Positions 37,373 to 48,180 of a stretch of 64,000 nt of DNA are shown here, one piece after another. The notes beneath the pieces are model-generated. The model was not told the origin of the DNA. It was given only the letters and a program-made list of their open reading frames with translations, and made no database searches. The DNA is taken from NCBI GenBank assembly GCA_014193115.1, contig BJHQ01000009.1, forward strand, positions 56,643-120,642. The letters run 5' to 3'. The position numbers and the translations under genes were made by a program. The stretch's first letter is position 1; the number at the start of each line of letters is the position of its first letter. This DNA comes from Planctomycetota bacterium. Lineage in GTDB: Bacteria; Planctomycetota; UBA11346.

Positions 37373-38626
37373 TCAGGGTGCGATCAGCCCCAACCGGCGG
37401 GTGAATTCAAGATAGGCCAGATAACAAACGCTGAAATTGCCCATGGGTAGGTTATTGGTGAAAAAGCCAAGGTCGCCGTAGTTCACGCTGGGATCTCCGG
37501 TCCAGGGATTCACCTGCCAAATGAAGCCGGGATGGCGAAGGTGGATGGAAACCCAACGCTGCATCAGGGTTTTCAATTCTGATTGGCGTCCGTAGTGCTC
37601 CATCCAGAGCAACGTGCGCAAACCAAGATTGCAATTGGCTGGTCCGCCCCAGGAATTGCCCGGAAGTTTCCGTTCGAAATAAGGATCCGAGACGGAATAG
37701 GAGGCGAATGGGTAAGGCGTCCAGAACTCGTGCGGATTGCCAAGGTACCGGCACCATAGCGGTTCGAATTCGGCCTGGGTGAGAACGTGCTCCTGAACCA
37801 GGGGAAAGAGCTGGGAGCCGCGGAAATGCAGATGCCGCCCGCGCGGGTCGACGTCATAGAAGAACCCGTCGTCGGGATCCTGGCAGTGCTTGATGATGAG
37901 ATGGCGCAGGCTCTCGGCCCGTTCGGTCCACATGGTCGCCTCGGCCGTCTTCCCCAGGGCGGTAGCCATGGCGGCAAGGGCGCGGCGCCCGCCGAAGACC
38001 ACGGCGGACAGATCAGGAGCAAGTACCGGCAGGTTCTCATAACGTGGACAGTTTGCGGCATCGTTGTCGGGGCACCCTCCCGGCATGCCGATGTGGGTGC
38101 AGCGGGGACTATTGTCCTGACCCATGTCGTAGGTGCAGAACATCTCCACCAGGCCGGTCTTGCGGGTGTCGCGAAAGGTTCGGATCCAATCATCGAAACG
38201 GCCGCAGGCGGCATAGGCCCGATCCAAAAAATCCTCTTTACCCATGAGTTGTGCCAATTCCCATGCGGTGCGTGCGAGCGGCACGTTTTGCTGAATCTGT
38301 CCGAATCCCTTCCCGATCGCCGGCTGGTCGGGCTGGTCGGCCCCGAGCATGCAGGGGAACAGTCCATCCGCCCTTTGCAGCTGAAAGAAGGCCTCGTGCG
38401 TCCCCTGGGCGACGACGGGATCGATGCGAGCGTACAACAGCGATTCGAGCGCAGTATTTTCCAGCCAAGTGGTTTTCAGCGGTGGGGTGAGCAAAAGAAC
38501 CGGTAAATCGAGGTTGGGAAACCGATGGATCAGGCCATGCAATCCAGCGAGGGCCTGTTGTTCACGACTGGCCCCCAAGTTGGGATCCCAGGTGAACACC
38601 GGTTTAGTTACGTTGCCTTCGAGCAT
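37373..38626 (-). CDS. GH63/MGH1-like or trehalase-like alpha/alpha-barrel glycoside hydrolase
   Basis: WLE, DMGQDNSPR, PDLSA, DGFFYD, EFWTPYPF, NSWGGP. Confidence 0.8.
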   Translation of the reverse strand: MLEGNVTKPVFTWDPNLGASREQQALAGLHGLIHRFPNLDLPVLLLTPPLKTTWLENTALESLLYARIDPVVAQGTHEAFFQLQRADGLFPCMLGADQPDQPAIGKGFGQIQQNVPLARTAWELAQLMGKEDFLDRAYAACGRFDDWIRTFRDTRKTGLVEMFCTYDMGQDNSPRCTHIGMPGGCPDNDAANCPRYENLPVLAPDLSAVVFGGRRALAAMATALGKTAEATMWTERAESLRHLIIKHCQDPDDGFFYDVDPRGRHLHFRGSQLFPLVQEHVLTQAEFEPLWCRYLGNPHEFWTPYPFASYSVSDPYFERKLPGNSWGGPANCNLGLRTLLWMEHYGRQSELKTLMQRWVSIHLRHPGFIWQVNPWTGDPSVNYGDLGFFTNNLPMGNFSVCYLAYLEFTRRLGLIAP

Positions 38627-38635
38627 GGTCGTCTT

Positions 38636-39181
38636 TCACAATTCCCGGTTGATTTCCCACGGTCCGTGGATCGTAGCCGATGGCGGCGCCAGGGTTGGAC
38701 GTGAACTTGTCAGGTAATCTTGGCCTTGAGGTGGGTTTTCGCCAGCATGTTGATCTGGGCCGAAATGATGGCTCGGCACTTGATGCGGTTGTCCGGCGTT
38801 CGGCATCGAGCCGGAAGGTGGCGGCCCCAGACGGGGGACTACGCCCGAAAGGCGGACGAACCGTTGATCCGGCGGCACCGGCCCGTGAACATCGCGGCCA
38901 TAGCCGATGCACAGACCGCGTTCCTGCACCTCCCAGATCGGGATCTTCTTGGCCAGTTCCTGGTATTCACTCAGCGTCTGTGACCCCTTCTTCATCACCC
39001 AACTGATCTCGGCCGGAGCCACGGTGCAGTGGTTCCAATGGATGAACAGACCCAGGCGGGCACGCTCGAACCAGGCGACATCCCGGGCCGCCGCCGGCGT
39101 CGGATAGGGCCCCTGTGATTGCAGGAATGGCTCATACAGAGGATAGGGGACGCCATCTTGCGGATTGGTGGGTGTATTCAT
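38636..39181 (-). pseudogene. Truncated/chimeric alpha-L-fucosidase (GH29) N-terminus
   Basis: WFERARLGLFIHW...EISW...YQELAK, after which similarity stops; a second frame ends PDNRIKCRAIISAQINMLAKTHLKAKIT*. Confidence 0.7.
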
Positions 39182-39280
39182 GTCGCTTCCTTTTCTTCCG
39201 CACAGTCCCTGTGCGTGTTGCAGGGCATCGCCTGTTGGTTTCTGCTTATAATCAGAGGCTGTTTTCATGTTCTTTGCGGA

Positions 39281-39750
39281 TCAGGGTGAGGTCTTCCGCA
39301 CATCCCAGCGATAGATGCCATCCTGTTGGCGCATGAAGATGCGCCCTTCAACCAGCGGATAGAAGATGGGATGGTGGTCACTGGTGGTTCCACCCCCGAA
39401 AGGCGGATGCCATTCTTCGGCGTTGAGCGCGACCACGGAGCCGTCGGCGGCGATCTCGTAAAAGCCGCAAGGGATGCCGCCAAGGGAGCCATCGACGCGA
39501 ACCAGGACGAGGTCCTCGATGACCTGCCTGTAGCCGCCGTTGGCCGGTTGGAGGCCCTTGCCCTGACCGAGCACTTTGCCGGTGGCGAGATCGAGCACGC
39601 GCAGGTCAGGGGTGATGGCGAATTATCCTCGCAGGCCTCGATCACCCCGGCCGTCGGCGTGACCGGCGCCGCTTCGGCGACGCGCAGATGTCCGCCGAAC
39701 GGCGCAGCGAGAAGTAGAACGCAGCTTGCGATACGACGCAGATGAAACAT
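39281..39750 (-). pseudogene. Internally deleted or chimeric PQQ-like propeller gene
   Basis: Signal peptide MFHLRRIASCVLLLAA joined out of frame (about 39620) to ...VEGRIFMRQQDGIYRWDVRK, homologous to the ends of the 52793 and 56322 genes. Confidence 0.75.
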
Positions 39751-39891
39751 GGGCGGATGTGTGATTGTCCTGGTCTTTCCTATTGGAAGAAACAGGGAAG
39801 GAGCGGAAAGTTAAATCGTGCTCATGGATATTCTTTCAGTTTGTATCAGAGACGTTCATCTGATGGTACCTGGTAATGATAATGGAGTGGT

Positions 39892-41235
39892 TCAGACCAG
39901 TTGAGGAAGTCCGCCGGTACTGTCGGCAAAACGCCCGACCGGAGTACCCAGCCGGTCGAGCATCGTGACGAACAAGTTTGCGCAGGGCACATCGGCGCTG
40001 AAGCGATGGTAGGCGCCATGCTTCAGGCCCATCTTGCTTCCGCCGGCCAGGACCAAGGGATAGTTGTTCGGATTGTGGAGGGTGCTGCAACCTGAACCGT
40101 ACAGGACCATGGTGTGGTCGAGCAGGCTGCCGTCGCCGTCATTCGTATCCCGTAATTTTCCAAGGAAATAGGCCAGCTGCTGGGTCAGCCAGCGGTCGTA
40201 CCGACCGAACATGACGTATCCAGTCGGATCGCGAATATGGGAGAGGTCATGGTGGCCGACGCTTTTCGGATCCAGCACCAGCTTGGGGAAGCTATTGGCC
40301 AAGTTGGTTTCGGTTTCAGCGTGGATCATGTAAGTGATATAACGGGTGGTGTCGGTGCGAAACGCCAGGGCGATCAGATCGTACATGGTCCGCACGTACT
40401 GTTCAGGAGTCTCCAAATGTGCATCCAGATCCAGTCCGTCTGCCGAGACCGGATCCCGCGGCTTATCCTGCCAGGCCGCGCTGCGTTCCAGACGCCCTTC
40501 GATCTCGTTGACCGATTGGAGATATTCATCGATTTTCCGCTGATCCGCCGGTCCGAGCTGGCGACGGAGATCCTTGGCTTGGTCGAGCACCACATCGACC
40601 ACCCGTCGTTGATGATCCAGCCTTCGCGCCGATTCGAGCCGATTGGCTCCTTGGCTATCAGAAAAAAGCCGATTGAATATCAAGCGCAACGATGATTCGG
40701 ACGGTATGGGATCGCCGCGGCGGTTGAATGAGAGGGTATGGGGTTTAGCTCTGATTCCGATTCCCCCCATGGAAGACAGTGCCAGGGAGGGCATCCGGGT
40801 CTGCCATCCGAGCGTCTCGGCGGCCTGCTGATCGATGGAAATGGAATTGGAGAATGTGCTGTTGCGGGGATCGCCACCGGTCAGGAAGATCGGGCTGATG
40901 TCGTGACCGTGGACGGAGCGGCCCTTGGGATGCGATAAGCCACCAAGGATGGAAATTTCAGAGCGGAATGGTTCCAGTGGATCAAGCGTCTGGGTCAATC
41001 GATAGTCCCGACCTTCGTTGAGCGGGAACCAGTTCCAATTTTTGTATTCGGCGTGGTTCTCAGGAGGCAGGCAGACGCCAAAGGGGAAGAAGATCGAGCA
41101 GAGACGTCGCGGTCGGCTGGTGGACTTGGCGGGTTCCTCAGCCCAGCCCATGCAATCGAGCAGGGGCAGAGCAAGGGCGACTCCGGCGCTGCGCAGGAAG
41201 GTTCGGCGATCGAGTCGCCAGGACGAGTTGCTCAT
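39892..41235 (-). CDS. DUF1552 domain protein (Tat-like signal)
   Basis: RRTFLRSAGVALALPLLDCM, SIDQ, YLQSV.EIE.RL, GHHDLSH, DGSLLDHTMVLYGS. Confidence 0.92.
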   Translation of the reverse strand: MSNSSWRLDRRTFLRSAGVALALPLLDCMGWAEEPAKSTSRPRRLCSIFFPFGVCLPPENHAEYKNWNWFPLNEGRDYRLTQTLDPLEPFRSEISILGGLSHPKGRSVHGHDISPIFLTGGDPRNSTFSNSISIDQQAAETLGWQTRMPSLALSSMGGIGIRAKPHTLSFNRRGDPIPSESSLRLIFNRLFSDSQGANRLESARRLDHQRRVVDVVLDQAKDLRRQLGPADQRKIDEYLQSVNEIEGRLERSAAWQDKPRDPVSADGLDLDAHLETPEQYVRTMYDLIALAFRTDTTRYITYMIHAETETNLANSFPKLVLDPKSVGHHDLSHIRDPTGYVMFGRYDRWLTQQLAYFLGKLRDTNDGDGSLLDHTMVLYGSGCSTLHNPNNYPLVLAGGSKMGLKHGAYHRFSADVPCANLFVTMLDRLGTPVGRFADSTGGLPQLV

Positions 41236-41250
41236 GGTGGTGTCTCCTGG

Positions 41251-44200
41251 TTATTTTTCGTGGAACGGACGGCAGGTGACGATGGCTTTGATCAGGCTGC
41301 GCAACCGGTGGTCATCGGCGGAAAATGTGGCGGTCAGGCCGTCGATGACCTCGGTGTCGGCCAGGCTGGTCGAACGTCCGAGCGCATAGGCAAGCAGTTT
41401 CCTGGTCAGTGCTCTGAAGAACCGATCCGATTTCATCGTGACCAGGTACGATCGCAGCTCGGCCAGGCCCTCGATCGCCGTCCCGTCGGGAAGATCAGAA
41501 CGGGCTTCGACCGGCAGATTGTTTACCTGCGATTTGGTCCGCCAGATCCCGAGCGCATCATAGTTTTCGAAGGGCAGACCCCAGGGATCGATCGCTTGAT
41601 GGCAGCTCGCGCAGGCAGGATTGCTGCGATGGTGCTGCAACTGCTGTTTCCACGGCAATTTGAGGATCTTGGGATCATCAGCGCCGATTTCGGGAACGAC
41701 TGGCGGTGGGGGCGGCGGGGGATCGTCGAGCAACCGGCGGAGCAGCCAGGAACCGCGCTTGACCGGATGCGAGTCACGGCCGGTGGAGTTCCCGGCGAGC
41801 ACGCTGGCCTGGGTGAGGATGCCGCCTCGGTGGTCTTTGGCGGTCAGGGCTGCGCGGCGGAAACCGTACCCGGTCACACCGGCGATGCCGTAATGGCGGG
41901 CCATCAACGGGTCGAGCATCGCGAATTGGGAATCGAGCAGGTTCAGGGCACTCAAATCGCATATCAGGATTTCATGGAAAAATCGGTTGGTTTCCTCACG
42001 CATCCGATCCAGTACATCCAGAAAGACCGGGTTGATCATCCGGCTGTCGATCGCGTCCAATTCAAGCCATTCGTTGACGAACGAGGTGATGAATCGCCAC
42101 GCTCGCTCATCGGCGAGGAGTCGATCGACCTGGGCCATCATCACCGCCTTGTCGTGCAGCTTTCCGGCAGCGGCAAGCTGGAGCAATTCTTCATCGGGAG
42201 GACCATTCCACAGGAAATAGGACAGGCGGGATGCGAGCTGGTGATCGCTGATGTCCCGCGATGTGGTCTTGTTCTCTTCCAACAGAAAGAGGAAAGGCGG
42301 TGCGGTGAGGACCGCCGTCAGGGTTTCGCGGATGGTCTCTTCGAAACTGAGGGGAAGGACCGGTGGTCCGGGCTCGACCGTGAACGATTCATTCGGCAGC
42401 GATGTCGGATCGATTCCCGGTCCCTCCCAGGAAATCTGCCTCAGGAGCACCCGCGGCGTCGGCCCTTTGCGATAGCACAAGGCGAAAGCGTGGGATCCGG
42501 CAGACAGTTGGACGGTTCCGGATTTTCTGCTGTCGTGCTGCATCGCCGCTGCGTCGTTGTCGATGATCTCTTGGCCGTCCAGGTAGAGCCGGCTGCCTCC
42601 ACAGCTTTCGATGGTGAATTGGTATTTCCCTTTCCGAGGCACGGTAATTCCGCCAGAATAGCACACCGCGATGTCCTTCTTCTGATAGGGAGCCAGCACA
42701 GGATGATTCCACCAAGAGGTCTGGATATTCGGCACAACCGTCTCCCCGACGGGCTTCAAGGCATGCAGTGTCTGAAGAGTGGCATTCGCGGGAATCTGAT
42801 CGTACACCGTCATTTTCATACCCGCTGCCGATGGAGGATGCTTCGCGACCTCGGACGCCAGGGTCTGGGATTCTGCCCACAGACGTTTCCAATGCGAATA
42901 ATACCGATCGACCTCGACTGGACTCGGAGGTCTGCGCCAGGCCCGGGCCATGAAACGTTCGAGCACTTCACGCGCGTAGATGTCATGATTTTCGCGATTT
43001 GGCGAATCGATGAAGATCGCACGATGTGATTCAGGTGGCCAGGTTGCATAATAGGGAGCCTCATATTCGATCTGGTCGATTCGCAAATCGGGTCCGGGGG
43101 TTTTATCATCGGGACCGATGAAGGCATTTGCCATTTGGAGACGCATTTTTGTTTCGCTCAATTTGTCATTGAGCTGGATCGGCATGTTTTCCAACCGTCC
43201 GGTGAATTCGTAGATCTGCTGGTCCAGGCCACTGACTGGCAATGGCTGGCTGAGTAATTGGTACGTCGGTCCATAGGTATTGTCCCGGCCGATCGACACC
43301 GCCAGCCACGGCGAATCCTGGTTCGTGCCCGAGACAGTCTCGGCAGCGGTGGCGCCACCGCCGATCGTCATGGTCGCCCTGGCCGAGACGCGGATGCGGA
43401 CCGGACCTTCGCTGGGGCAACGGACTTGGACCGAGGTCGCGCGATCGAAGCGCTGGGAACCCGTTCCGGCAAGTTTTCCGGTGGGCAGCAGAAAGTGATC
43501 TGTCGGAATTGCCACGCCTTTCGGTGGTGCGGGTATTTCAGCCCCATCCAACCTGAACTTCGCCTGGTCAACTCCATCTTGCGGAGGGAGATGTTCGGGC
43601 AACAGTTCGACTTTCTTTTCGTCTTTCTTTGCGCCTTTCTTTTCGGTCTCCTTTACGGTCCACCGAACGCGGTTGGCTAGGGGGCGAGGACTCGTAACGA
43701 TCGCTTTATCCAGTGCCGCCGCTGCGATCTTTTGGTAGTATTCCAGAATCATCGACGATACCGTCAGGCATGAACTGTCATTGCGGAATCCTTCCTCGGA
43801 CAGGCCATCTGGGGGAAGATCCTGTTCAAAGGGGAGATCGAGTCCGAGCAGGTCGCGCAAGGTGTTGCCATACTCCTGGCGATTCAGCCGCCTGAGCAGG
43901 ATCGGTTTGGCGACCCCTTTGCGGGCCTTCGCCATGGTTTCGACGAGCCAGGCGCTCAGCACCCGACGCTCATCTGGTCCGGGTTGGCGCTGATCTTTTG
44001 GAGGCATCCGACCGGCATGCAGTTCATCGCTGATGTCCTGCCAATGGCTGGCATCGGGCCCGCCCACTGGATCTGGATTGAGCCGGTCGATGCGCAGGGA
44101 TCCTTTCGCTTTTTCTGGTCCGTGGCAGGGCAGGCAATAACTGGTAAGCAGTGGGAGGATCTGCTTCTGATAGGAGGTGGAGTCCTCAACGGGTTGCGCG

Positions 44201-44286
44201 GCGTTTGCCGTCACGCTGATGAATACCGCCAACGCGATCTGTAGCAGCAGGTCGGACAGGCTGTTTCGCGGTGAAGGCTTTATCAT
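41251..44286 (-). CDS. Planctomycete cytochrome c / DUF1587-1592-1595-1588-1585 protein with PA14 insertion
   Basis: CLPCH and CASCH heme motifs, RRLNRQEY.NT.RDL, LASRLSYFLW, RGGILTQ, HPVKRG; PA14-like GSRLYLDG..IIDND. Confidence 0.92.
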   Translation of the reverse strand: MIKPSPRNSLSDLLLQIALAVFISVTANAAQPVEDSTSYQKQILPLLTSYCLPCHGPEKAKGSLRIDRLNPDPVGGPDASHWQDISDELHAGRMPPKDQRQPGPDERRVLSAWLVETMAKARKGVAKPILLRRLNRQEYGNTLRDLLGLDLPFEQDLPPDGLSEEGFRNDSSCLTVSSMILEYYQKIAAAALDKAIVTSPRPLANRVRWTVKETEKKGAKKDEKKVELLPEHLPPQDGVDQAKFRLDGAEIPAPPKGVAIPTDHFLLPTGKLAGTGSQRFDRATSVQVRCPSEGPVRIRVSARATMTIGGGATAAETVSGTNQDSPWLAVSIGRDNTYGPTYQLLSQPLPVSGLDQQIYEFTGRLENMPIQLNDKLSETKMRLQMANAFIGPDDKTPGPDLRIDQIEYEAPYYATWPPESHRAIFIDSPNRENHDIYAREVLERFMARAWRRPPSPVEVDRYYSHWKRLWAESQTLASEVAKHPPSAAGMKMTVYDQIPANATLQTLHALKPVGETVVPNIQTSWWNHPVLAPYQKKDIAVCYSGGITVPRKGKYQFTIESCGGSRLYLDGQEIIDNDAAAMQHDSRKSGTVQLSAGSHAFALCYRKGPTPRVLLRQISWEGPGIDPTSLPNESFTVEPGPPVLPLSFEETIRETLTAVLTAPPFLFLLEENKTTSRDISDHQLASRLSYFLWNGPPDEELLQLAAAGKLHDKAVMMAQVDRLLADERAWRFITSFVNEWLELDAIDSRMINPVFLDVLDRMREETNRFFHEILICDLSALNLLDSQFAMLDPLMARHYGIAGVTGYGFRRAALTAKDHRGGILTQASVLAGNSTGRDSHPVKRGSWLLRRLLDDPPPPPPPVVPEIGADDPKILKLPWKQQLQHHRSNPACASCHQAIDPWGLPFENYDALGIWRTKSQVNNLPVEARSDLPDGTAIEGLAELRSYLVTMKSDRFFRALTRKLLAYALGRSTSLADTEVIDGLTATFSADDHRLRSLIKAIVTCRPFHEK

Positions 44287-44468
44287 GGTGATCGTCCTGC
44301 GTTGGAGTGATGCTACCGCCGTGCATGGAAATCTGCTCCACTTCAGTTCGCCCAGGGTTCGCCATGGGTCGTTGGCGATCTTTATAAACCTATTCACAGA
44401 CAAGGGTTAGAGTTTTCCTAAAGCCGCTGCAAGGATTCCGATTGCCATGACAAATATTCTCATGAACT

Positions 44469-45707
44469 ATGTCACGTATGCGCATCTGCTTGTTCATGGC
44501 GACCCTCGATCAGCAGCTGATCGGTGCCATCGAGCATTACCGCCAACAGCATGACCTGCCGTGGCAGCTCCAGGTGATTGATAGAAAGGAGGCTTTCACG
44601 CAGGTTCATGACGTCGACGGCATCTTGCTTGGCAGCTATGCTCCACTGCCTTCCTGGTGGTCACGGCGGCGCGTGCCGTGCGTCCGTTGGCGAGGCATTC
44701 CTGAACCCGGGGTCACCGTGGTGTATTGGGATGATGCTGCCATCGGCAGGCTGGCCGCGCGGCATTTTCGCGAGCAGGGTTTCCGCTACGTCGCGACCGT
44801 CAGCAAACCGCTGTATGCCGGATTCGGGGGATTCCGCGAGGCGGCGACCGCTGCCGGTCTGACCTTCCTACGCTTCGATCCCACCGCCGGCGACGCTGAC
44901 CATGGTGTAGGCCGGCTCATCACCTGGTTGCGGGCCGCGCCGCATCCACTGGGTATTTTCTGCCACCAGGATCGGCCAGCACTGTGGCTGCTGGAGCTCT
45001 GCCGAGAGCATGGCGTGCGGGTCCCCGATGAGATCGGAGTGCTTGGCGTGGACGATCTGGAGATCAGCGCCGTTTCCATGCCGCCGTTATCCAGCATCCA
45101 GATTCCGAGTTCGGCGATCGGAATGGCGATGGCCATCCACCTGCATCGCCTGCTCTCGGGTGCCTCGGCTCCGTCCGATCCGGTTCCCATCACCCCGACC
45201 AGGGTCAGTGTCCGGAAGAGCACCATGCGCGACACCGGTGATGCGGTCATCGATCGCTTATGCAATTACCTGGCGAGCAAACCGGCAGCGGCTCATTCAG
45301 GACCTGCCCTCGCCAAGCGGGCCGGATTGTCGTTGCCGCAGCTGCATCGTCGTTTCCGGAAGGCGCTCGGACTGACCCCGGCCGAGCAGATCCGTCGCTA
45401 TCGGCTGCGCCTGGCCCAGGATCTGCTGGCAGATACCGATCAGACGGTGGCTGCCATCGGCCGGCGTTGCGGGCTGGGGGGAACGGTGGGCCTGTGGCGG
45501 CTGTTCCGTGCCGCCGGCCTGCCTTCACCTGACCGCTGGCGGGCGATGACCCGTGGGGTGCCGGATGACGACCACCATCGCACTGATTCTGTAGCGATTC
45601 CCTTCCCGGCCCAACCGCACATCGGCACAGCTGGCTGGGAACCGCCAGCGCCTGGCCCCGCTGACGGCGTCGAGGGAGCAGAGCCAGAGGTCGCTAGCTT
45701 CATTTAA
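44469..45707 (+). CDS. XylR-type regulator (periplasmic-binding-like sensor plus AraC HTH)
   Basis: VPDEIGVLGVDD, PPLSSI, LHRRFRKALG.TP, IGRRCG. Confidence 0.88.
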   Translation: MSRMRICLFMATLDQQLIGAIEHYRQQHDLPWQLQVIDRKEAFTQVHDVDGILLGSYAPLPSWWSRRRVPCVRWRGIPEPGVTVVYWDDAAIGRLAARHFREQGFRYVATVSKPLYAGFGGFREAATAAGLTFLRFDPTAGDADHGVGRLITWLRAAPHPLGIFCHQDRPALWLLELCREHGVRVPDEIGVLGVDDLEISAVSMPPLSSIQIPSSAIGMAMAIHLHRLLSGASAPSDPVPITPTRVSVRKSTMRDTGDAVIDRLCNYLASKPAAAHSGPALAKRAGLSLPQLHRRFRKALGLTPAEQIRRYRLRLAQDLLADTDQTVAAIGRRCGLGGTVGLWRLFRAAGLPSPDRWRAMTRGVPDDDHHRTDSVAIPFPAQPHIGTAGWEPPAPGPADGVEGAEPEVASFI

Positions 45708-45723
45708 CTGCTGTATTTCTCAG

Positions 45724-48180
45724 CTAGGAGAAGCCGACCTCCCAGGGCACTTCGCTACCCGTCGCGGAGCACAGGTGCAGATCGAGCAGGCCCTCGCCCC
45801 TGGAGACGATGGCAGCCGCGCCGGCGGCGGCCGTGGCGCCGGTACAGCTCAGGCCGTTGGTGGCCAGGATCACCCGGGTGGTCTCGCCGGCGACCAGGCG
45901 TGAGGTCCCTGCCAAGATCCGCCGCGCCGGGTCCCAGACCGGCCGCCGGACGAGATCGACCAGACCTTGGTGGATATGGCGGTCGGTGGCGATCCATTGC
46001 GGCCGATCCTCGACCTGGTGGATGGCGAGCATGCGCGCCTCGGCCGGACGCAGATCCTGGGCCAGGCGGTCGCCACCGCCGACGATCCCGGCCAGGCGGT
46101 CGTTCCAGAAGTCGTAGACGTAATACCGCTGCGCCGGATCGAGGCCGAGACCGCCGGCCCAGGCCGGGGCGCCCAGCTCGACCGCCAACGTCGCCGCCAC
46201 CGGTATCAACCCGGCGACCTTGCCCGGGAAGTCCCGCCGGCCCTCGGTGAAGGGCTCCAGAGGCAGGTCCACCGGCGGCCAGGAACCGGCGGCGACGGCG
46301 GTGTTGTACAGCGTCAACTGGTGCCAGCCGTCCTCGATGCGGAGATCGAAGATCTGGGGGCAGTCGCCGCCGGCGAACAGGTCCAGCGGCCTGGCGGTCC
46401 GGCCAAGGGCGGGCAGCGGCACCACTCGCGACAGGTCGTGCAGGAGCTCCGCGTCCAAGTGGCGGAAGCTGGTGGCGAGGAGGATCCGGGCCGAGGCCAC
46501 CGCTGCCATGGTAAGCATGGCCCGGACCCCGTCCCGGCCACGCAGCTCGCGCTCAGCGGGCAGGTCCTTGCCGTCGGTGTCGTAATCCATCACCACCCGG
46601 TTCTTGTACCAGCGCCGGGCCACCCGGGCGAGCAGGGTCGGGGCCCAAGTGCTGTTGTCCCAGATCACGCGCTGAGCATTGGCCAGGCCGATGGCCACGT
46701 CTGAGCCGAGGAAGTAGGCCCGCTCCTGGAGATCCGCCTCCGGCCCGAGGCCCTCCCGGGCCAGGGCGAAGATCTGACGATATGCCGCGGCTGTGGTCGC
46801 CTGGGGATCCTCGAATCCGCCTTCGGCGATCCAGCCGGTGATCTTGGGATAGTCGTAGAAGATGCCGGCCAGCCCGGCCTGGCGCAGCCCGGCGTAGACC
46901 TGACGCACATGGGCCTGGAACCCCGGATCGGTGAAATCGCAGCCGACCAGGTCGCGACCGGCCTCGGGCCAGTCCCGCTCCCACCAGCGAGCGCTCACCG
47001 GGCAGAGCAGGCGGCGGCCGGGGTCATTGAAAAGCATGTGGCCCGGGTGGGCGGAGGCGTAGTCCTCGCTTCGGCCGTTGGCGCGCATGTAGCTGATGGG
47101 CACGCCGCCGCGCTCGCGCACCGCCCCGCACCAGGCCGCGGTCGTCGGCCAGGGCTGCTTGTAGCAAGGACCGGGCGGAGCGAAGGTGGGGGCGCAAGCG
47201 GCCCAGTGCGCGTCATCCCACCAGCCGTCGCAGTTGTCCTTTGCGTAGCTGTCGGGCAGGAGGCGGATGCCTACTGCGGCGTAGCGCAGGAAGCCGCTGG
47301 CGGCGACCAGGTCCATTTCGGCCACTGCCCCAGGAGAGTCGTTGGCCGGCGACCCTAGGCCCTGGGAGGCCCACCACAGGCAAACAGTGGGGTAGGTCCC
47401 GTCGGCCAGGGAGACGCCCTGGGCCAGGCGCACCGCCCAGGCGTACTCCTCGGCGACAGCGAAGGGATCGTGGCCGGCGAGGTCGATCCAACTGCGGTCG
47501 GCGGCAACCCAGGTCTCCTCAGGCTCGACCAGGCGGCCGACCGGATCCTCGGCCCATAGCTCCACCGCGATGCTGTCGACGGCCGGCCGAGCGGCGACGA
47601 AGCGTTCGAACTCCCGGTAGGTCAGTCCGCCCAGGACCAGGCAGCGCGGCCGGCCGGGCCCGCACCGCAGGACCAGGTTGTTGCGGCAGCGCAGCGGCAC
47701 CGGCCCATGGACCCGGGTCGGGACGCAGCCGCTCTCGCCATCCAAGGCGGCGTAGCCTTCCGCCACCGGGCAGCCGGCGAAGGCGGAGCCGTCCACCAGC
47801 TGGATGCGGCCGATGCGCACCGGCTGCGGCCCGTGGTGGCGCACGCCCCCGCCCACCACCAGGCCGGTGCGGCCGGCATGCAGGTCCAGTTCGAGAATGC
47901 GGTCGTCGCCCTGCCCTGGGGCGACGATGCGCAGCCGCCGGCCAGGGCCCAGGGGCCCGTCGATAGCGAACTCGCTCCAGGTGCAAGGCGCGGAGCCAGC
48001 GACCAGGTGGTGTCCATCGGCATCCGCCAGGCGCAGGGGCCGGCAGACGAGGGCCGCCAAGGGGTCGTCGAGGGAGGCCAGGGCCCAGGAGCCGCTGCCG
48101 AGATGGACCGAGGCTGCGACCAGGCCGTTGGCCAGGACCACGGTGGACCCGTGCAGCATCACGGTGACCGCCAGGCTCAT
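45724..48180 (-). CDS. Alpha-galactosidase-like glycoside hydrolase (clan GH-D, GH27/36-like)
   Basis: DFTDPGF, GIFYDYP, YRQIF.LAREGLG, YYVYDFW, PQWIATDRHI.QG; ATGA overlap with the upstream gene. Confidence 0.7.
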   Translation of the reverse strand: MSLAVTVMLHGSTVVLANGLVAASVHLGSGSWALASLDDPLAALVCRPLRLADADGHHLVAGSAPCTWSEFAIDGPLGPGRRLRIVAPGQGDDRILELDLHAGRTGLVVGGGVRHHGPQPVRIGRIQLVDGSAFAGCPVAEGYAALDGESGCVPTRVHGPVPLRCRNNLVLRCGPGRPRCLVLGGLTYREFERFVAARPAVDSIAVELWAEDPVGRLVEPEETWVAADRSWIDLAGHDPFAVAEEYAWAVRLAQGVSLADGTYPTVCLWWASQGLGSPANDSPGAVAEMDLVAASGFLRYAAVGIRLLPDSYAKDNCDGWWDDAHWAACAPTFAPPGPCYKQPWPTTAAWCGAVRERGGVPISYMRANGRSEDYASAHPGHMLFNDPGRRLLCPVSARWWERDWPEAGRDLVGCDFTDPGFQAHVRQVYAGLRQAGLAGIFYDYPKITGWIAEGGFEDPQATTAAAYRQIFALAREGLGPEADLQERAYFLGSDVAIGLANAQRVIWDNSTWAPTLLARVARRWYKNRVVMDYDTDGKDLPAERELRGRDGVRAMLTMAAVASARILLATSFRHLDAELLHDLSRVVPLPALGRTARPLDLFAGGDCPQIFDLRIEDGWHQLTLYNTAVAAGSWPPVDLPLEPFTEGRRDFPGKVAGLIPVAATLAVELGAPAWAGGLGLDPAQRYYVYDFWNDRLAGIVGGGDRLAQDLRPAEARMLAIHQVEDRPQWIATDRHIHQGLVDLVRRPVWDPARRILAGTSRLVAGETTRVILATNGLSCTGATAAAGAAAIVSRGEGLLDLHLCSATGSEVPWEVGFS

